DNA of 38,580 nucleotides, from contig JANKJI020000002.1 in the NCBI GenBank assembly GCA_024626585.2, positions 216,440,745 through 216,479,324 on the forward strand. The letters are read 5' to 3'. Below the pieces are notes generated by a model. It was given only the letters and a program-made list of their open reading frames with translations, was not told the origin of the DNA and searched no databases. This document shows positions 22,842-36,215 of the stretch, piece after piece. The DNA is from Ginkgo biloba (taxonomy: Eukaryota; Plantae; Ginkgophyta). The first letter of the stretch is position 1, and each line of letters begins with the position of its first letter. The position numbers and the translations under genes are program-made.

Positions 22842-24989
22842 NNNNNNNNNNNNNNNNNNNNNNNNNNNNNNNNNNNNNNNNNNNNNNNNNNNNNNNNNNN
22901 NNNNNNNNNNNNNNNNNNNNNNNNNNNNNNNNNNNNNNNNNTTCAATGTAGGAGAAGATTCATAAATAACCATCTTGACTCCTTACAGCCTCACCAAAAA
23001 TGAATATGAAAAAAACTTTCTTCCTTTTTAATTATGCAAAATAACTTCCCACTACCAGAGTAATTACCAAAAATCCACTATATATAGATCCTTGCTCTCC
23101 TTACACATGAAATTCCTTCGAGATAGCCAAAAGTTCTTTTGAACCCTAGAAAAATGACTTTCACCCAATTTATAGCCCTTTGATGGGAAGCATATTGTAA
23201 TTGTTCACAACTACTCTCGACCTCTTTTAACAATTGGGAGGCATAATATTTATGAATTAGAGACAGGAAATTTAAAAGCATGGACACTCTTCATTCTTTG
23301 AAAGTGATGAGAATGAATTCTTGCCATTTGTCAAACTCTGGTTGGCTATGATTGCTATGTCCATACCTTGATGAGACATCCTGCATGCTTCAAGAGTCCA
23401 TCAATATATATCATTAATTTCCACTATAAGTTGTTAGGAATACATCACCATCACCCATCACCCTGGCCCTTGCTTGGCCTTAAACATGATCCATTAGAAG
23501 TTCCTTCAAAAGAGCATTTTCTAATGCTTTTTATAGTTTTGAATTGTGTTAATACACAAAAGCTATGCCTATTTAGCTTGAGTGTTTTAAAAATTATTTT
23601 TTCTTACCTACAAATTATTTTTTTTCTAATTTCATCTTTCTTTATCTAGTATAATATTTCTAGCTCAAGAAAACTTTGGTTTGTCATCCTTAGTTGAGCA
23701 TTTAGTTTCAACGTTAGAGTAATGGTCTCCAAAGTGTTAGCCTTTCAATCAAGCTTCCATTGATAATATTCAAACCATATTGAAGGCTCATTGCCTGCAT
23801 CATAGACTATGGGATTTCCTAAATAAAGGTAAGCCACATCAACACTTTATAAACCATCATAGTTCTATGGCCTCATCACATCATAAACCATGGGGTTTAT
23901 TGAGTCCTTTGTGTTGTTGATGATGCATAAAATTCTCCAATACTAATAAAGTATGGAGATATAGTTGTTGAAAATTTTGAAGAAAAATGATATCCTCAAT
24001 GTCTTCTTATGGAAGAGGTGTTGAAACAAGAGTAGTAAAATCCTTCTAATTGTTGATGATAATGGTTATACGAACCTCAATAAAAAAACTAACTGAATAA
24101 TGTCTTATGTCTATTTATAAAGTATTATTCAAAACTTCTAGTGTCCCATTTATTAATGCATGTGAGTGATCATCTATAATAGCCACTAAAATATCTTCTA
24201 CTTTATAATTAGAGATGATGGTAGTTGTAATTTTCATATTTTTTATTACGAGCAAGAGATCTCTATATCTCTACCCTTAATTTCTTACCTTTCTAGAGTA
24301 ATCTGACTCCTACTTGCAAAGAAAAGAATGCAAAAAATATGCCAAAGATGATTGGGCCAAGCTCTTATTAATAGCAAACAACTTATTATAGAAGGAAACA
24401 AAAAAGAGTAGCATCGTCGTGCACTTGATAACAANNNNNNNNNNNNNNNNNNNNNNNNNNNNNNNNNNNNNNNNNNNNNNNNNNNNNNNNNNNNNNNNNN
24501 NNNNNNNNNNNNNNNNNNNNNNNNNNNNNNNNNNTATATGGAATGCCTTATCATGTTTGTATGATGTAGAATATAAATAAAGGACCATTCAGTAAACTGA
24601 TCTATTCAAACACTTATTGATTCACTCTTTCTTTTAGGTACACATATTTATGATAGCTATCCATATATTCATATGGAAAATATAAGAGAATTTAAATAAT
24701 GGAATAAGTTATATGATGTATTGATTGAATTGTGTTATTAAGAGAACAATTAGTCTACTGATATTTTGAAAATGGTGAAGCAAAAAATCATAAACTTGAC
24801 ATTTGGCAAACATTTGATGAAAAAGTGTATGATGGTAGTGATTAAGAAATATGAACATATAATTCTAAAATTATTCATAAAATAAGAAGAGAAAGATAGA
24901 GAATTACCATAGAAGCCAACAATATTAGATATAAATAGGACTGATCAAGAGGCATACAGAATAAATATTTTTCAACTTGGAAGAGAAAA

Positions 24990-26327
24990 TGAGGATAAAT
25001 CCATTGAAGTTGATTATTATTTGGATGAATAAACTATGGCTAAGGTGTATGGAGTTTTAAAATAATATATCAATATTTTTGCATGAAAAAATAAGGATTT
25101 CAAAGGAATTCCACTCAAAACAAGATAATTGAGAATTAAACTAGAGGAAGGATCTCAACTAGTAAGGTAGAGACTGAATAAGGATGAATATAAAGTACAA
25201 GAAAGTTGTTCAATAACAAATTTATAATACATTAGATGTAGAATCCATTTATTTTGTAGAGAAAAGTGAGTGGGTATTCCTAGTTATTATTTCCAATAAG
25301 AAAAATGGCAAATTAAGAATTTTTGTTGATTTTAGAAAGCTAAATAGTGTAACAAAGATAGATCCCTTTAGCAACAAATTTTACGAAAGAGGTATTAGAG
25401 AATGTGGAAGGCATATAAATTTATTCATTTATAGATGTATTCTCTAGGTATAATCAAATTTAGACTCACCCAAATGATTAGTTAAATATTTATTGTTTTA
25501 TAAAATGGGGATTATATGCTTATAGAGTGATGTTGTTTGGATTGACATATGCACTAACTTCATTTTCAAGAATAAGAATATATAGGATTAGAGATTTCAT
25601 CCATAATTTTTTGGATATTTATTTGGATAATTGGTTAATATTTAGATTCATCAGGGAGCATATTGCTCATTTGCGAACAATGTTATAAATATATAAGGAA
25701 TCAATAAGTTTGCTAAATTTAGCAAAATGTCAGATGATGATGTCATTTGATAAACTATTGGGTCATACTATTTGCAAAGATGGTTTGATGGTATACCCTA
25801 CTAAGGTTTGAATTATTCTTGGGTCATAACCTTTAGTTAATCCATCATAGATGAAGAAGTTTTTAGAGCATATCAATTATTATTGCAAGTTTATTAAAGG
25901 GTATGTGAATATTTCAAGTCCACTACAAACATTGTTGAAGAAAGATGAACCATTTATATAGATATAAAAATGTAATAATTCCTTAGAACTTTTAAAAATA
26001 AATATAGTAGAGGCATCGATACTATACTCTCTTAATTAGAAAGAGGATTTACATGTGTATGTTTATGTATCGACAACAACAATTAGATTGATTTGAGAAT
26101 AACTGGGAGATGGAAAAAATATGATCCTATTTACTTTCCAAGAAGAAAACTTGGATGAGAAGAGATGAATTGTTTTACAATGGAGAGATAGGAACTTAGA
26201 ATTCTATGTTTAATGCAAAAATTTAGGCATTATATGATTGGAATTAAATTTGCATTTATGTGGATCATCAACCACTAAAGTATATTATTAATAAGCTAAC
26301 AGAATAAGGGAGATTGAGCAAGTAGAT
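24990..26327 (+). mobile_element. Decayed non-chromovirus Ty3/gypsy reverse transcriptase-RNase H
   Basis: Motifs in order: KSEWV, GKLRIFVDFRKLN (~25310-25345), YSFIDVFSRYNQI, YRVMLFGL, FLDIYLDNW (YxDD mutated, ~25610-25634), LLGH.ICKDG, YYCKFIKGY, LHVYV, QKFRHY, DHQPLKYIINK. Numerous stops. Confidence 0.92.
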
Positions 26328-26334
26328 TGTTGGA

Positions 26335-26921
26335 CGGCTATCCGATCAAGATTACCAGCAGAGACATTCGTGCAGACTCAAAAAATCATGCATGAAGAGA
26401 ATGTTTTCCGTTTGGAGTACTTGGCCGCATTGGAGAGGAAACTGAAGGAACATCATCAGGAGGTAGACAACCTTGCTCAGTTCGCCCACGATCAAGTTAG
26501 GAACACATTAGACTTGTCGGATTTGCCTGCCACTAGTTCTGTGGTTGATATGGTAAGGACGTTGATCACTCGACAATAGGAAAGACATCTATTAGAATTT
26601 TGACGAGCCAATAGATTGGGCGACAAGGCTGACCGATTGCAACAAAAAACTCAACAGCTGGAAGTTGAGTTAAAAACCTTGTAGAAGTACCGACAGGATC
26701 ATGAGGCCTAGATCAAGGAATAATAGCAACAACAAGTGTTGGCAAAGCAGAAATCAACATAGTCCTTTGCGACTTACTCCTCCTACACCGAGGCTATTGA
26801 GGCAATGGTCATGGAAGAAGAATTCTTGGGTTAGTACTTTTAGAAGCATCCCTAGATGGTGCAAGAAGCACTTGGGAAGGTGGAGCAGGCTAAAGTAGTA
26901 GTCGAAGAAATCAACAAATAA
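26335..26921 (+). pseudogene. Decayed coiled-coil ORF of unknown function, probably a retroelement accessory ORF
   Basis: An E/Q/K/L-rich heptad-like frame continues from the 26370 ORF through several stops (LERKLKEHHQEVDNL...DRLQQKTQQLEVELKTL*...EALGKVEQAKVVVEEINK). Base composition shifts abruptly from the adjacent RT. Confidence 0.45.
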
Positions 26922-29490
26922 NNNNNNNNNNNNNNNNNNNNNNNNNNNNNNNNNNNNNNNNNNNNNNNNNNNNNNNNNNNNNNNNNNNNNNNNNNNNNNN
27001 NNNNNNNNNNNNNNNNNNNNNGATTAGCTTTGGATATTTTGTCTTCCTATGAGTAGAAACTCTATTTTGAAATGCTTAAACCAAAGTGGTTATGAATGGG
27101 TCCTCATTAGATATTATCACCCTATAGTGATCCATAATCCCATTATTGTAAACCATCTTGATAGATGTTAAACACTAGTTTTTGAAAGAATCTAATACTC
27201 TAATTGTTCATAGCGTATCACCCTACCCTCTAGGGCCAAGCAAATTATATACAATCAATTCATTAATGAAACTAACTTGAGGGTGAGAGATACTAAATAG
27301 GATTTGGATTGCCTATTGGAATAGTTAGATTATTTTTATATAGCGTTTGGCTCTTCCATCCCCCTTTACAAGTCCCTCTATTATTATCAATGCATGGATG
27401 AGACCTCAAAGTGGGTTAAGGATTATAGCTAGAAGATCATATAGAATAAATAAATATTTTAGTTTATTGGTATTCCATTTGGATTTAGAGTAACAACTAG
27501 ATAAATCTAGGTCAATGTAAATTGTAGTGTTAAGAGGAAGTTGGCTTAGTATAATGTCCAATATATTTCACTAGTAAGTAGAGTGAAAATTATCCATAAA
27601 GTTTTATCACTAGTTCACATGTGTTTATTTTGTCTTCTAATTCCCTCTGGCATTATATATAAATAAATAACTTTTGTATAAGGTGGATCATCTAAATGGA
27701 ACTTCCTCCCAAAGGTAAAGTTGGCAATCAATTATTTTGACAAATAAGAAGGTAGAATGGGTATAATTAATATTAAGGGCTAAGGTACAACCCTAGGTTA
27801 TAAATAGATAATTAGAGCCTTGGTAAGGGATGCCACCTAGAATTTGTTCATAGACTATAGGATTTTTCAAGTTCTTCCTTTTGGTATTTGATCCCATGAA
27901 TGTTTATAATTAGAACACATCTTGACTCTTATGGTTTATTTCAAAATGAAATGCTCCTTTGATTTTAGGGATATTTAGAAGGACTAGGAAAAAGTTAGAA
28001 TAATTTTATAATGGAAAGGACAAAGCCATAGAAAAGGGATATATACCCCTAAGAAGTTAATTTGGTGGACAAGATTTCTTCTTTATAATATTTCCCCCCT
28101 ATTACCTAATTTTCCTAATATGACTCGTTACTAGTTCAAGAAAGGAATACTAATAATCAACATGATTTCAAACCTTAGAGAAAGTAGATGGTTCCTCTAC
28201 ACTAAATTTGAATATACTTGGGGGATCCATAACTCTTATGCATGCTTTTTATAAATAATCATATTTACTATCCTAAAGGATATATGAGGTAAAGTTTTAA
28301 TTAAATCAAACCAACCTAAGTAGATGGATTGGGAATAGGGNNNNNNNNNNNNNNNNNNNNNNNNNNNNNNNNNNNNNNNNNNNNNNNNNNNNNNNNNNNN
28401 NNNNNNNNNNNNNNNNNNNNNNNNNNNNNNNNNNNNNNNNCTTGTCAGTGTGAAAGATTGTTAGCCATGGTTATGTTGGACTGACATATCTCCCCTTAGT
28501 CTTGGTGGAATATTACATTGTATGATAGTGTTTTATGCACCACTAGAGATACTTCCCAGACTCCACGTTGTCGACATTCCTTGTCATTTTTACATAGAAT
28601 CTTCTCCACTTCTCACCAATGACCTCTTTCCTATGGTTCTTGCCAACTTTTCATCTGCCTNNNNNNNNNNNNNNNNNNNNNNNNNNNNNNNNNNNNNNNC
28701 TTCATCTTTTTTATGGTGAGTTCATCCTAAATGGAATAATCCAATCCATTGACATATCTAGAAACCATCTACTTCTCATTTTCCTCATGGCTACATCTTA
28801 TGGATAGTTTATAAAATTCAATAGTGTACCCTTGCACACTCTTCTCATTTTATCTGAGGTTCTAAAATTCCTTGTAAAACCTCTTCTCATAGTCCTTTGA
28901 CAAGAATTTTCTCTNNNNNNNNNNNNNNNNNNNNNNNNNNNNNNNNNNNNNNNNNNNNNNNNNNNNNNNNNNNNNNNNNNNNNNNNNNNNNNNNNNNNNN
29001 NNNNNNNNNTGAACTTCAACCTATTTAGAGCTTTGAGATCTTCTCAATTGAAGTACTTTTATAACACTCCAATACATTCCATTAGGTATTCTAAATTCAA
29101 ACTTCCCCCAAAGTTTGAAACCTCCACTTTGTGCCATTTGGCCTATTCCTCCACAATTTAATCAATACCTCATCCCTACCCACTGGTCCCTGCACCTGTA
29201 GTGGTTGTAATTCTACCTTAGGTTTAGATTCAGAGTCTGATTCAATTCTCTTTATCTATTCTTCATCTTCTAAATCCTTGATTCATCGTAATAAATCTTA
29301 TAAATCTCTATTTCCAAGTCTTGTTTGTCTATCACCTCTAACCTTGAACACCATTTCTCCTTTACTCATCTTTTACCAAGTGGAATTTTCACAAGATTTC
29401 ACTGGCTCTTTCTTCTTTACCCATGAGCTCCTCATGATATCTACTACTAGGTNNNNNNNNNNNNNNNNNNNNNTACTAATCCATATATTT

Positions 29491-29681
29491 GCTCTAATAC
29501 CAAATGATACATGCTGCTAGTGAGGATAACCCATTATAAGGGAAATTTTAGACCTCTACAGGCTAGGAATATACGTAGAACTCATAAGAGTGCGCAATAA
29601 TGTCGATGGAAGTTAAAAATCACACATATATACAACGCTTAATTTGAAGTCTTGGGTTTTCTTCTTCTATTAATTCTAAAA
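29491..29681 (-). mobile_element. PBS/LTR junction of a minus-strand LTR retrotransposon
   Basis: GCTCTAATACCA at 29491-29502, followed by AA and TGATAC at 29505. The junction is the same as at 3557-3575. Confidence 0.55.
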
Positions 29682-31997
29682 NNNNNNNNNNNNNNNNNNN
29701 NNNNNNNNNNNNNNNNNNNGCTAAGGTCTGTCCTATGGCAGGATTTACATCCAGTTACATGTACCCCCAATAGGAGGGTTATAACCACCATACTTCAAAT
29801 GTTTCCAATTCCTTAAATCCTCTCAATTATTTGGATACACCCAATTTCCTCCCATTTGACAGTCTTCTACTTACTTTTCTCCCAATTCAAGACTCATAGT
29901 CCTCCTCTAAGTTCTGATCTCCCAAACACCTGTTCCTCCTANNNNNNNNNNNNNNNNNNNNNNNNNNTCTAATTTTGGCACATTCAACCTCAATTGAATG
30001 TATTAATTACCTATCAGGTACTCCTCCAATCATTGCTCACCATGGTGGACTAGACCATACATACACCATGCTCATCCACCGCTCAATAGCCATAATATTT
30101 GAATTTTTGGTCCTTTCTTGGCTCTTCAATGTCATTAAAATTTGGTTAGTGTGGTTGGTGGATATTCCTCGTCATCCATCCTCAACATAACTTCTTAGAT
30201 GAATACTCTATTTTGGCCTTTTAATCTTATTTAAAGAATAATCTAGCTTTTATTTAAATTTGGCATTTTTGGATTCGTGGTCATGTCATCCTTCACCGAC
30301 ATTTTGCACTTGCTTTGACCATGTTGATCATCCCCTGTAGGTCTGTATTTATCACTCCACATTCACCCTATTATGTTTTTCTCTTATTATATTTTCTTTA
30401 TTTCCCCTTAGGTATGTCAACACCCTTTGTCTGATATTCCAAGTTTATCAGCTAAAGTTTCTAAAATCTGACAATGTCGACGAACTTTGACCATGTTGTC
30501 CTTTGTTGTTACCATACTAATGAGGTTGGTATTTCCTGACCTTGTCGAGTCTTCTTTTTTTATCGTCCTAATGCACCTAGGACATNNNNNNNNNNNNNNN
30601 NNNNNNNNNNNNNNNNNNNNNNNNNNNNNNNNNNNNNNNNNNNNNNNNNNNNNNNNNNNNNNNNNNNNNNNNNNNNNNNNNNNNNCTCTTCTCTTCTATA
30701 AGTAGAGTGTTCTTCAACTAAGGAATAGGATTCTGATCATTTTTAATTTACCATCTTGTGATCCCTAGAAGAATATTTATATTTTTTGAGGATTCCTTCA
30801 TGGGGGTCTGTTGAGAGGAATTCTCTTTCTTTTTTTTCACTGGGTGCTAAAATTTCCTGGGTACCAAGTAATATGATCACTGGTAATTTCTAAGGTGGCC
30901 ATTCTAGGTTATGAGGCTCAATGGTGAGATATGTTTGATTCCTTGTCTAATAATTATANNNNNNNNNNTGATCAATATGAGAAATTAGTGGATGATTGAT
31001 GACCAAGAGGCTCTGGGTTCTAGAATTAATATTAGGATAATATTTCTCTTTGATCTCCTTAATGAGATGCTATATGAAATCAATATGGGGCCAGGATGAA
31101 GAAATTCTTCTATCACTAGGTACTTCTAATGCATAAGATGTTCTATTGTCTTTAGTCCATTTGAGCTCCCTCAACTACTTTTTAAAGGTACTTTTTAACC
31201 ATTCTAGACTATTATTTAACCTCTATAGGATTGTAAATATGGTGAGATTATCCTATAGAGACAGAGTAGAAACATACCATATAGAGTTGAAATCCTTGAG
31301 GATAAGGATAGAGGAATTAGAAGTTGAGAATCGATGGATCAAAGAGATGGAAGAAGAAAATTGGAGGAAAAAGTGAGAGGAGAAGATGATGACCACACTG
31401 AGGAAGATGGAAGAGTTAAAAAGAGAAAAGGAAAAAGAAGAAGAAAAATATTTGGTTGAGAAGGTCCAATATAAAAGACAAAAAGAGAAAGAGCCCATGG
31501 GAGGGTAGGATGAAGAGGAACCAACTATGGTTCCATGAAAAGTTGAAGAGAAGGTTTCGTGTGAGGAACATGGTGAATAATAATATGAGGAGCATGTGAG
31601 AGAGCTAGTTATGCATGAGACTAGACTAAAATTAATATTCATGGTGGGTGACATAGAGGTAGAAGTGAAGGAAATAATGGAGGTTTTGTGTAATGGAAAA
31701 GTGGAGCACAATGAGGTGTAGTATGAAGAAATTTTATATGATGAACAAGAAGAGGAAGGTAGTGAGTAGGATATAAAAATAGGATAGATTATCATTAAGG
31801 AGGATATTGCAATGGATGACAGTGTTGGTGATGGATGCAAGGAAGATGAGGGAGCTCATTTAGAGATTAAAATTTAAATAAATGAATAGGTTGAGGAAGA
31901 GGTTAGCAAGATTAGTGAAGATCCCAAGGAGGGAGTATCAAGTGGCATGGAGTAGTTGGATAAAATCCCTCAAAGAGTGAATGAAGAAAAGATAGTT

Positions 31998-32081
31998 TAA
32001 TGAATGGGGTGTGTCATTCATTGAATGGAGTACATCATTTGATGAACATAGTGTATCATTCATCAAATGGATTGTGTCATT
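31998..32081. repeat. Degenerate 21-bp tandem repeat running into a gap
   Basis: atgaatggggtgtgtcattca / ttgaatggagtacatcatttg / atgaacatagtgtatcattca / tcaaatggattgtgtcatt. Confidence 0.75.
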
Positions 32082-32936
32082 NNNNNNNNNNNNNNNNNNN
32101 NNNNNNNNNNNNNNNNNNNNNNNNNNNNNNNNNNNNNNNNNNNNNNNNNNNNNNNNNNNNNNNNNNNNNNNNNNNNNNNNNNNNNNNNNNNNNNNNNNNN
32201 NNNNNNNNNNNNNNNNNNNNNNNNNNNNNNNNNNNNNNNNNNNNTTTATTTCCTAAATTTATTCTAATATTATAATGTGACCATTATAAACATATTCTAT
32301 CAATAAAATACTAACGAAATAATCCTTTCTTGCGATTATTTGCCATGGTTATGTACTAGTAGTATATCTAAAAAAATATAGCATCTATCCATATGAAAAC
32401 AAAAATAATACTATTAATAAAATTTTACACCAATCCAACACAAATGTAAGCAACTGATTATTTACAACCATACTAAATTATAATTAGTTTAACATTTTAT
32501 TGTGGTTGTGTCCCCGAGCATAGTTACTTCTTTATTCTCTATTGCCCACTCCATGAGCTCTTTATACAGATTTGGGATCTCCTTTTGACCTTCCTTGTTG
32601 GATGTCCCTCCTTGTGACTGATTCCCATTATGTGTGCATGCCGAATCAGCTAATAGATGCTTCATTGGCTTTGAGTGCCATTTCTTCCAATTGTTTAATG
32701 CTGTGCATTGCATTTTTACCTCATTTAAGCAAAGTTTGCCCCTCCTCTTTGTTTCTCTTTCACTTGAGCATCTCATAAGGGGCCATTGTTTCATGGGGTG
32801 TCCATGTATCCCCCAATGTAGGGATCCTAAGAACATTGTTTAGCATGGAACACTTGTTTGCCCTTGCTCCACTAATTTTTCATGGATATATTCTAAATTA
32901 TTGAGGGCAACAAGTTCTTCCCCAATGAATAGTTCT

Positions 32937-33086
32937 ACCATTATCAAATGGCCTCATATCATTTGTCAAATGACATCATACCATTCAATGAATGACTCAA
33001 TACTATTCGTCGAATGGTCGAACAACTCAGTACCATTTGACAAATAGTCGAACGACTCAGTATCATTCGTCGAACGGACAAACAAC
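32937..33086. repeat. Degenerate 21/30-bp tandem repeat, inverted relative to 31998-32081
   Basis: Units include taccattcaatgaatgactca, tactattcgtcgaatggtcgaacaactcag, taccatttgacaaatagtcgaacgactcag and tatcattcgtcgaacggacaaac. The reverse complement contains gtcattcattgaatgg, as at ~32014. Confidence 0.7.
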
Positions 33087-33870
33087 AAAGGGTTGCGACA
33101 AAAAAAAAATACAAAATGATGGGAATTAAAGAGAGGTCACAAGAGGATTTATGGCATATTGGAGACCTATGTAGTGGGTTTTAAATCACCTACAACATGT
33201 TTTTAAGGGTATTAAAGATCCCCAAAAATAATTTTAATGGAGTGATGGTTGGTAACAATTTTTAGAGGGAGAATGGATGGTGGTAAGTGGAGAGAACCCC
33301 ATTGAAATACTTGGACAATGCTTGGGAAAAAGGCTCAATTTAGTAGGGTGTAGGGAAGAGAAGAACATATCTACAAGGAAGAAGAAAGATAGTAGGGAGA
33401 TAGGATATTCAGAGGAAGGGAAAGGCAAGAAGGCCTAAGAGAAGGGAGTCCATGGATGGTCAGTAGAAGAAGACAATAAACATGCTGTAAAGAAAGGAAG
33501 AGAAAAATATATTTGGAGGAGAGGAAGAGAGTGCAATCCAATAGGAGTTTAGGGAGTGGTTAGAAATTTTGAGTAGAGGAAAGAAGGATCGTATGAATGT
33601 CGAAGAGAAAAGAGGAAGAGAGGCATGATCATTAGTCTATTTGGAGAGGGAGGAGAGGATTGGGTCCATGAGGTGACCTTGTAGGGATAGTAAGGTATAA
33701 TTGATGGAGAATAGTGAGGAAATTAGTGTTAGAACCGATGATAGAGGCAGCCACATTCGAAAGGAAGAAGACAAGTTTGGGTCTAAGGATAGACCTTGCA
33801 GGGTTGTGGGTAGTTAAATCATGGAAGAGGTCTCGGAGGCCAGGTTAAGAATATTTTATGCCTTCTCCAA

Positions 33871-34419
33871 GGTGGGTGATTTGGTAATGTAAATAAAAAC
33901 CTAGTCTAGGGATAAATGTATGCGAGTCTCTAAAAATAATCCATGGGCCATATGTTATATAAATGCTTTCAAAAATGAATGCAATGGCTTTATTTGTGTA
34001 TTTTCATTGTTCATGAATGTGCATGCATTTTATTGATTTTGAAATATTTTTGTGAATTTATTGGTTGTGTGGGTTTGTTGAGAAAACACCCNNNNNNNNN
34101 NNNNNNNNNNNNNNNNNNNNNNNNNNNNNNNNNNNNNNNNNNNNNNNNNNNNNNNNNNNNNNNNNNNNNNNNNNNNNNNNNNNNNNNNNNNGAATTTGGT
34201 GGAAAAATTTTCAATAGAGGAAACCACATTTTAAGGGAAGAAGAAAGAGGGGGCGTGAAGTCTGAGTGGGGAAGATTGTGTGCATTATTTGAAGTGGGAG
34301 ATTTGGTAATGTAACGAAAATTCAAGTTCAAGGATAAATGTATGTAAATTCTAAAAATAAGTTGTGGGCCAAATGTAATGAAAAGATTTGAATTAATGCA
34401 ATGTATTTGTTTGTGTAAT
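33871..34419. repeat. Diverged ~135-bp direct repeat (33871-34005 and 34291-34419)
   Basis: Both copies read gtggg.gatttggtaatgtaa...ggataaatgtatg....ctaaaaataa....tgggcca.atgt...aatgcaatg....tttgtgta.tt. Confidence 0.8.
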
Positions 34420-35969
34420 TNNNNNNNNNNNNNNNNNNNNNNTTCATTTTTAAAAAATACTTCTATGGAATTATGGGTTGCGCTATGAGCCATTAATTGA
34501 AGGGATAAGGAGGAACATCCTATAAGATCCTGGGTAGCGAACACTAGTTTAAGTCATTGGGGAACCAATTATATCAATGTCACCTCCTTTCACACAAATG
34601 TGATATTCTTCATGAAATATCCCCTACTCTTTCTTTCAAGTCCATTCCTAGTAAACATGTTTAAATTTTCTCTCTCCTTATTAGATTATCTCCATTAGTA
34701 TTTTCCCAACATGTGCATCCTTTCTGCACTTGATATCTCCTAAATATCAAAAAGTCAATAATATAGGTTGGACATGGGTCCTTTCATTAACTCATTTGAA
34801 AACTTTGTTCTATTCCATGGGGCATGAGAGACACAAGAGTTTCCACCTTTCCTTAAAAACTCTGACCTTTGATTAACACTCTTTATATAAGTTTGTGGGC
34901 ATGATTTCTCCATTTCATTACTTTCTAATTTTGGTTTAGGTCTGTACGACTTCAGTGCATTACTTGATCTATCTACCATGGAGTTTTCTCAAAATCTAAA
35001 TCCTAATTCCACTATTTATTAAGTGAATGCCATTTTATCAACTCATATATATCACCACTTTTGGGTTCGTGGCCACTATTCAGGATTTTAACATGAGAAC
35101 TTCAATTATCCCTTCTAGTTCTCTAATCATCCAAAATCCAAAATACTTCAAGGGCATCCTCAAAACTATTTCAAAGTTTTGGTAAGTTTGTGGAAGTAAC
35201 CTACTATACTTATACATACTCAAACACTTTGCCATAAATTCATAAAAATAAAAATTTTAAAACTCCATTTCACTCCTTTCTTGGGTCCATGGGANNNNNN
35301 NNNNNNNNNNNNNNNNNNNNNNNNNNNNNNNNNNNNNNNNNNNNNNNNNNNNNNNNNNNNNNNNNNNNNNNNNNNNNNNNNNNNNNNNNNNNNNCGCAAT
35401 GCCCTCTTGCCTTGGTCTTGCTCTGCTTCATAGGCTTTCCTCTGTACGTTTCTCGATGGTGAATTCCCTCCTAAGTTGTGTCTGCTCAACTACTCTCCAA
35501 CTTCACTCTGTAATTTGATAGCACTTCGTTGCTCTCTCCTTTCAATCTCCCCGAATGACCTCTTACGGGTTTAATTTATAGTTTTGGATCCATCAGATCC
35601 TTTGNNNNNNNNNNNNNNNNNNNNNNNNNNNNNNNNNNNNNNCATTAACTTTGCAATGGCCACAACATTAATGGCTACAACATTCATTGAAGTGCCTCTT
35701 CCTCGACACCTTTCTCTTCTCTAGATTTACCTTCTGGTTCACTGACATAAGTCGATCTTGCCCTTCGTCGACCTTATCAGTTGTTAGTTTGTCTTGCCTT
35801 GCTGCCTTTCAAAGGTTTACTTGCCATCCGACGTGGTCTACTAGTCTCTCTCTTCCAATGCAAGTCCACTCTTTTCTCCGCCAACGTCGTTCATCTCTTG
35901 CTTTNNNNNNNNNNNNNNNNNNNNNNNNNNNNNNNNNNNNNNNNNNNNNNNNGATATCGGGATTATTCC

Positions 35970-36215
35970 TCACCAATGAAGTTAGTTTTGTCTTCACCGA
36001 CGGATGTCAAACAACCCTTTCACCGATGAGGTTAGATAACACCTTCACCAATGAGGTTGGATAACACTTCATTGATGAGGTTGATTAGCTACCTCACCGA
36101 TGATGTCGGTGCACCACTTTACCGATGGGGTGATTCTATTCATCTGCCAATGGTGTTGGCCCATTTTTCTCCTCCACCAATGGTGTCAGTTTACTCCTCC
36201 ACTAATGGTGTCAAT
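35970..36215. repeat. Degenerate ~25-bp tandem repeat in the internal region next to the 36503 PBS
   Basis: tcaccgatgaggttagataacacct / tcaccaatgaggttggataacactt / cattgatgaggttgattagctacct / caccgatgatgtcggtg... / ccaccaatggtgtcag / ccactaatggtgtcaa. Confidence 0.75.

Noticed and set aside
27022-28340. Possible LINE reverse transcriptase remnant on the minus strand (ELEKSY, *GCTLA-like motifs)
   Set aside because: The motifs are too degenerate and wrongly spaced to call without a profile search.
31146-31990. E/K-rich plus-strand ORF pieces and the Ser-rich 195-aa antisense ORF
   Set aside because: This is purine-rich low-complexity sequence, probably a decayed TE; the antisense ORF is a compositional by-product.
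34560-35200. Possible LINE endonuclease remnant on the minus strand (GGDID resembling GGDFN)
   Set aside because: It rests on a single weak motif.
35970-36215. CRISPR-like repeat-spacer array (also considered for 32937-33086)
   Set aside because: The units are contiguous degenerate tandem repeats without unique spacers, the context is eukaryotic, and no cas genes are present.
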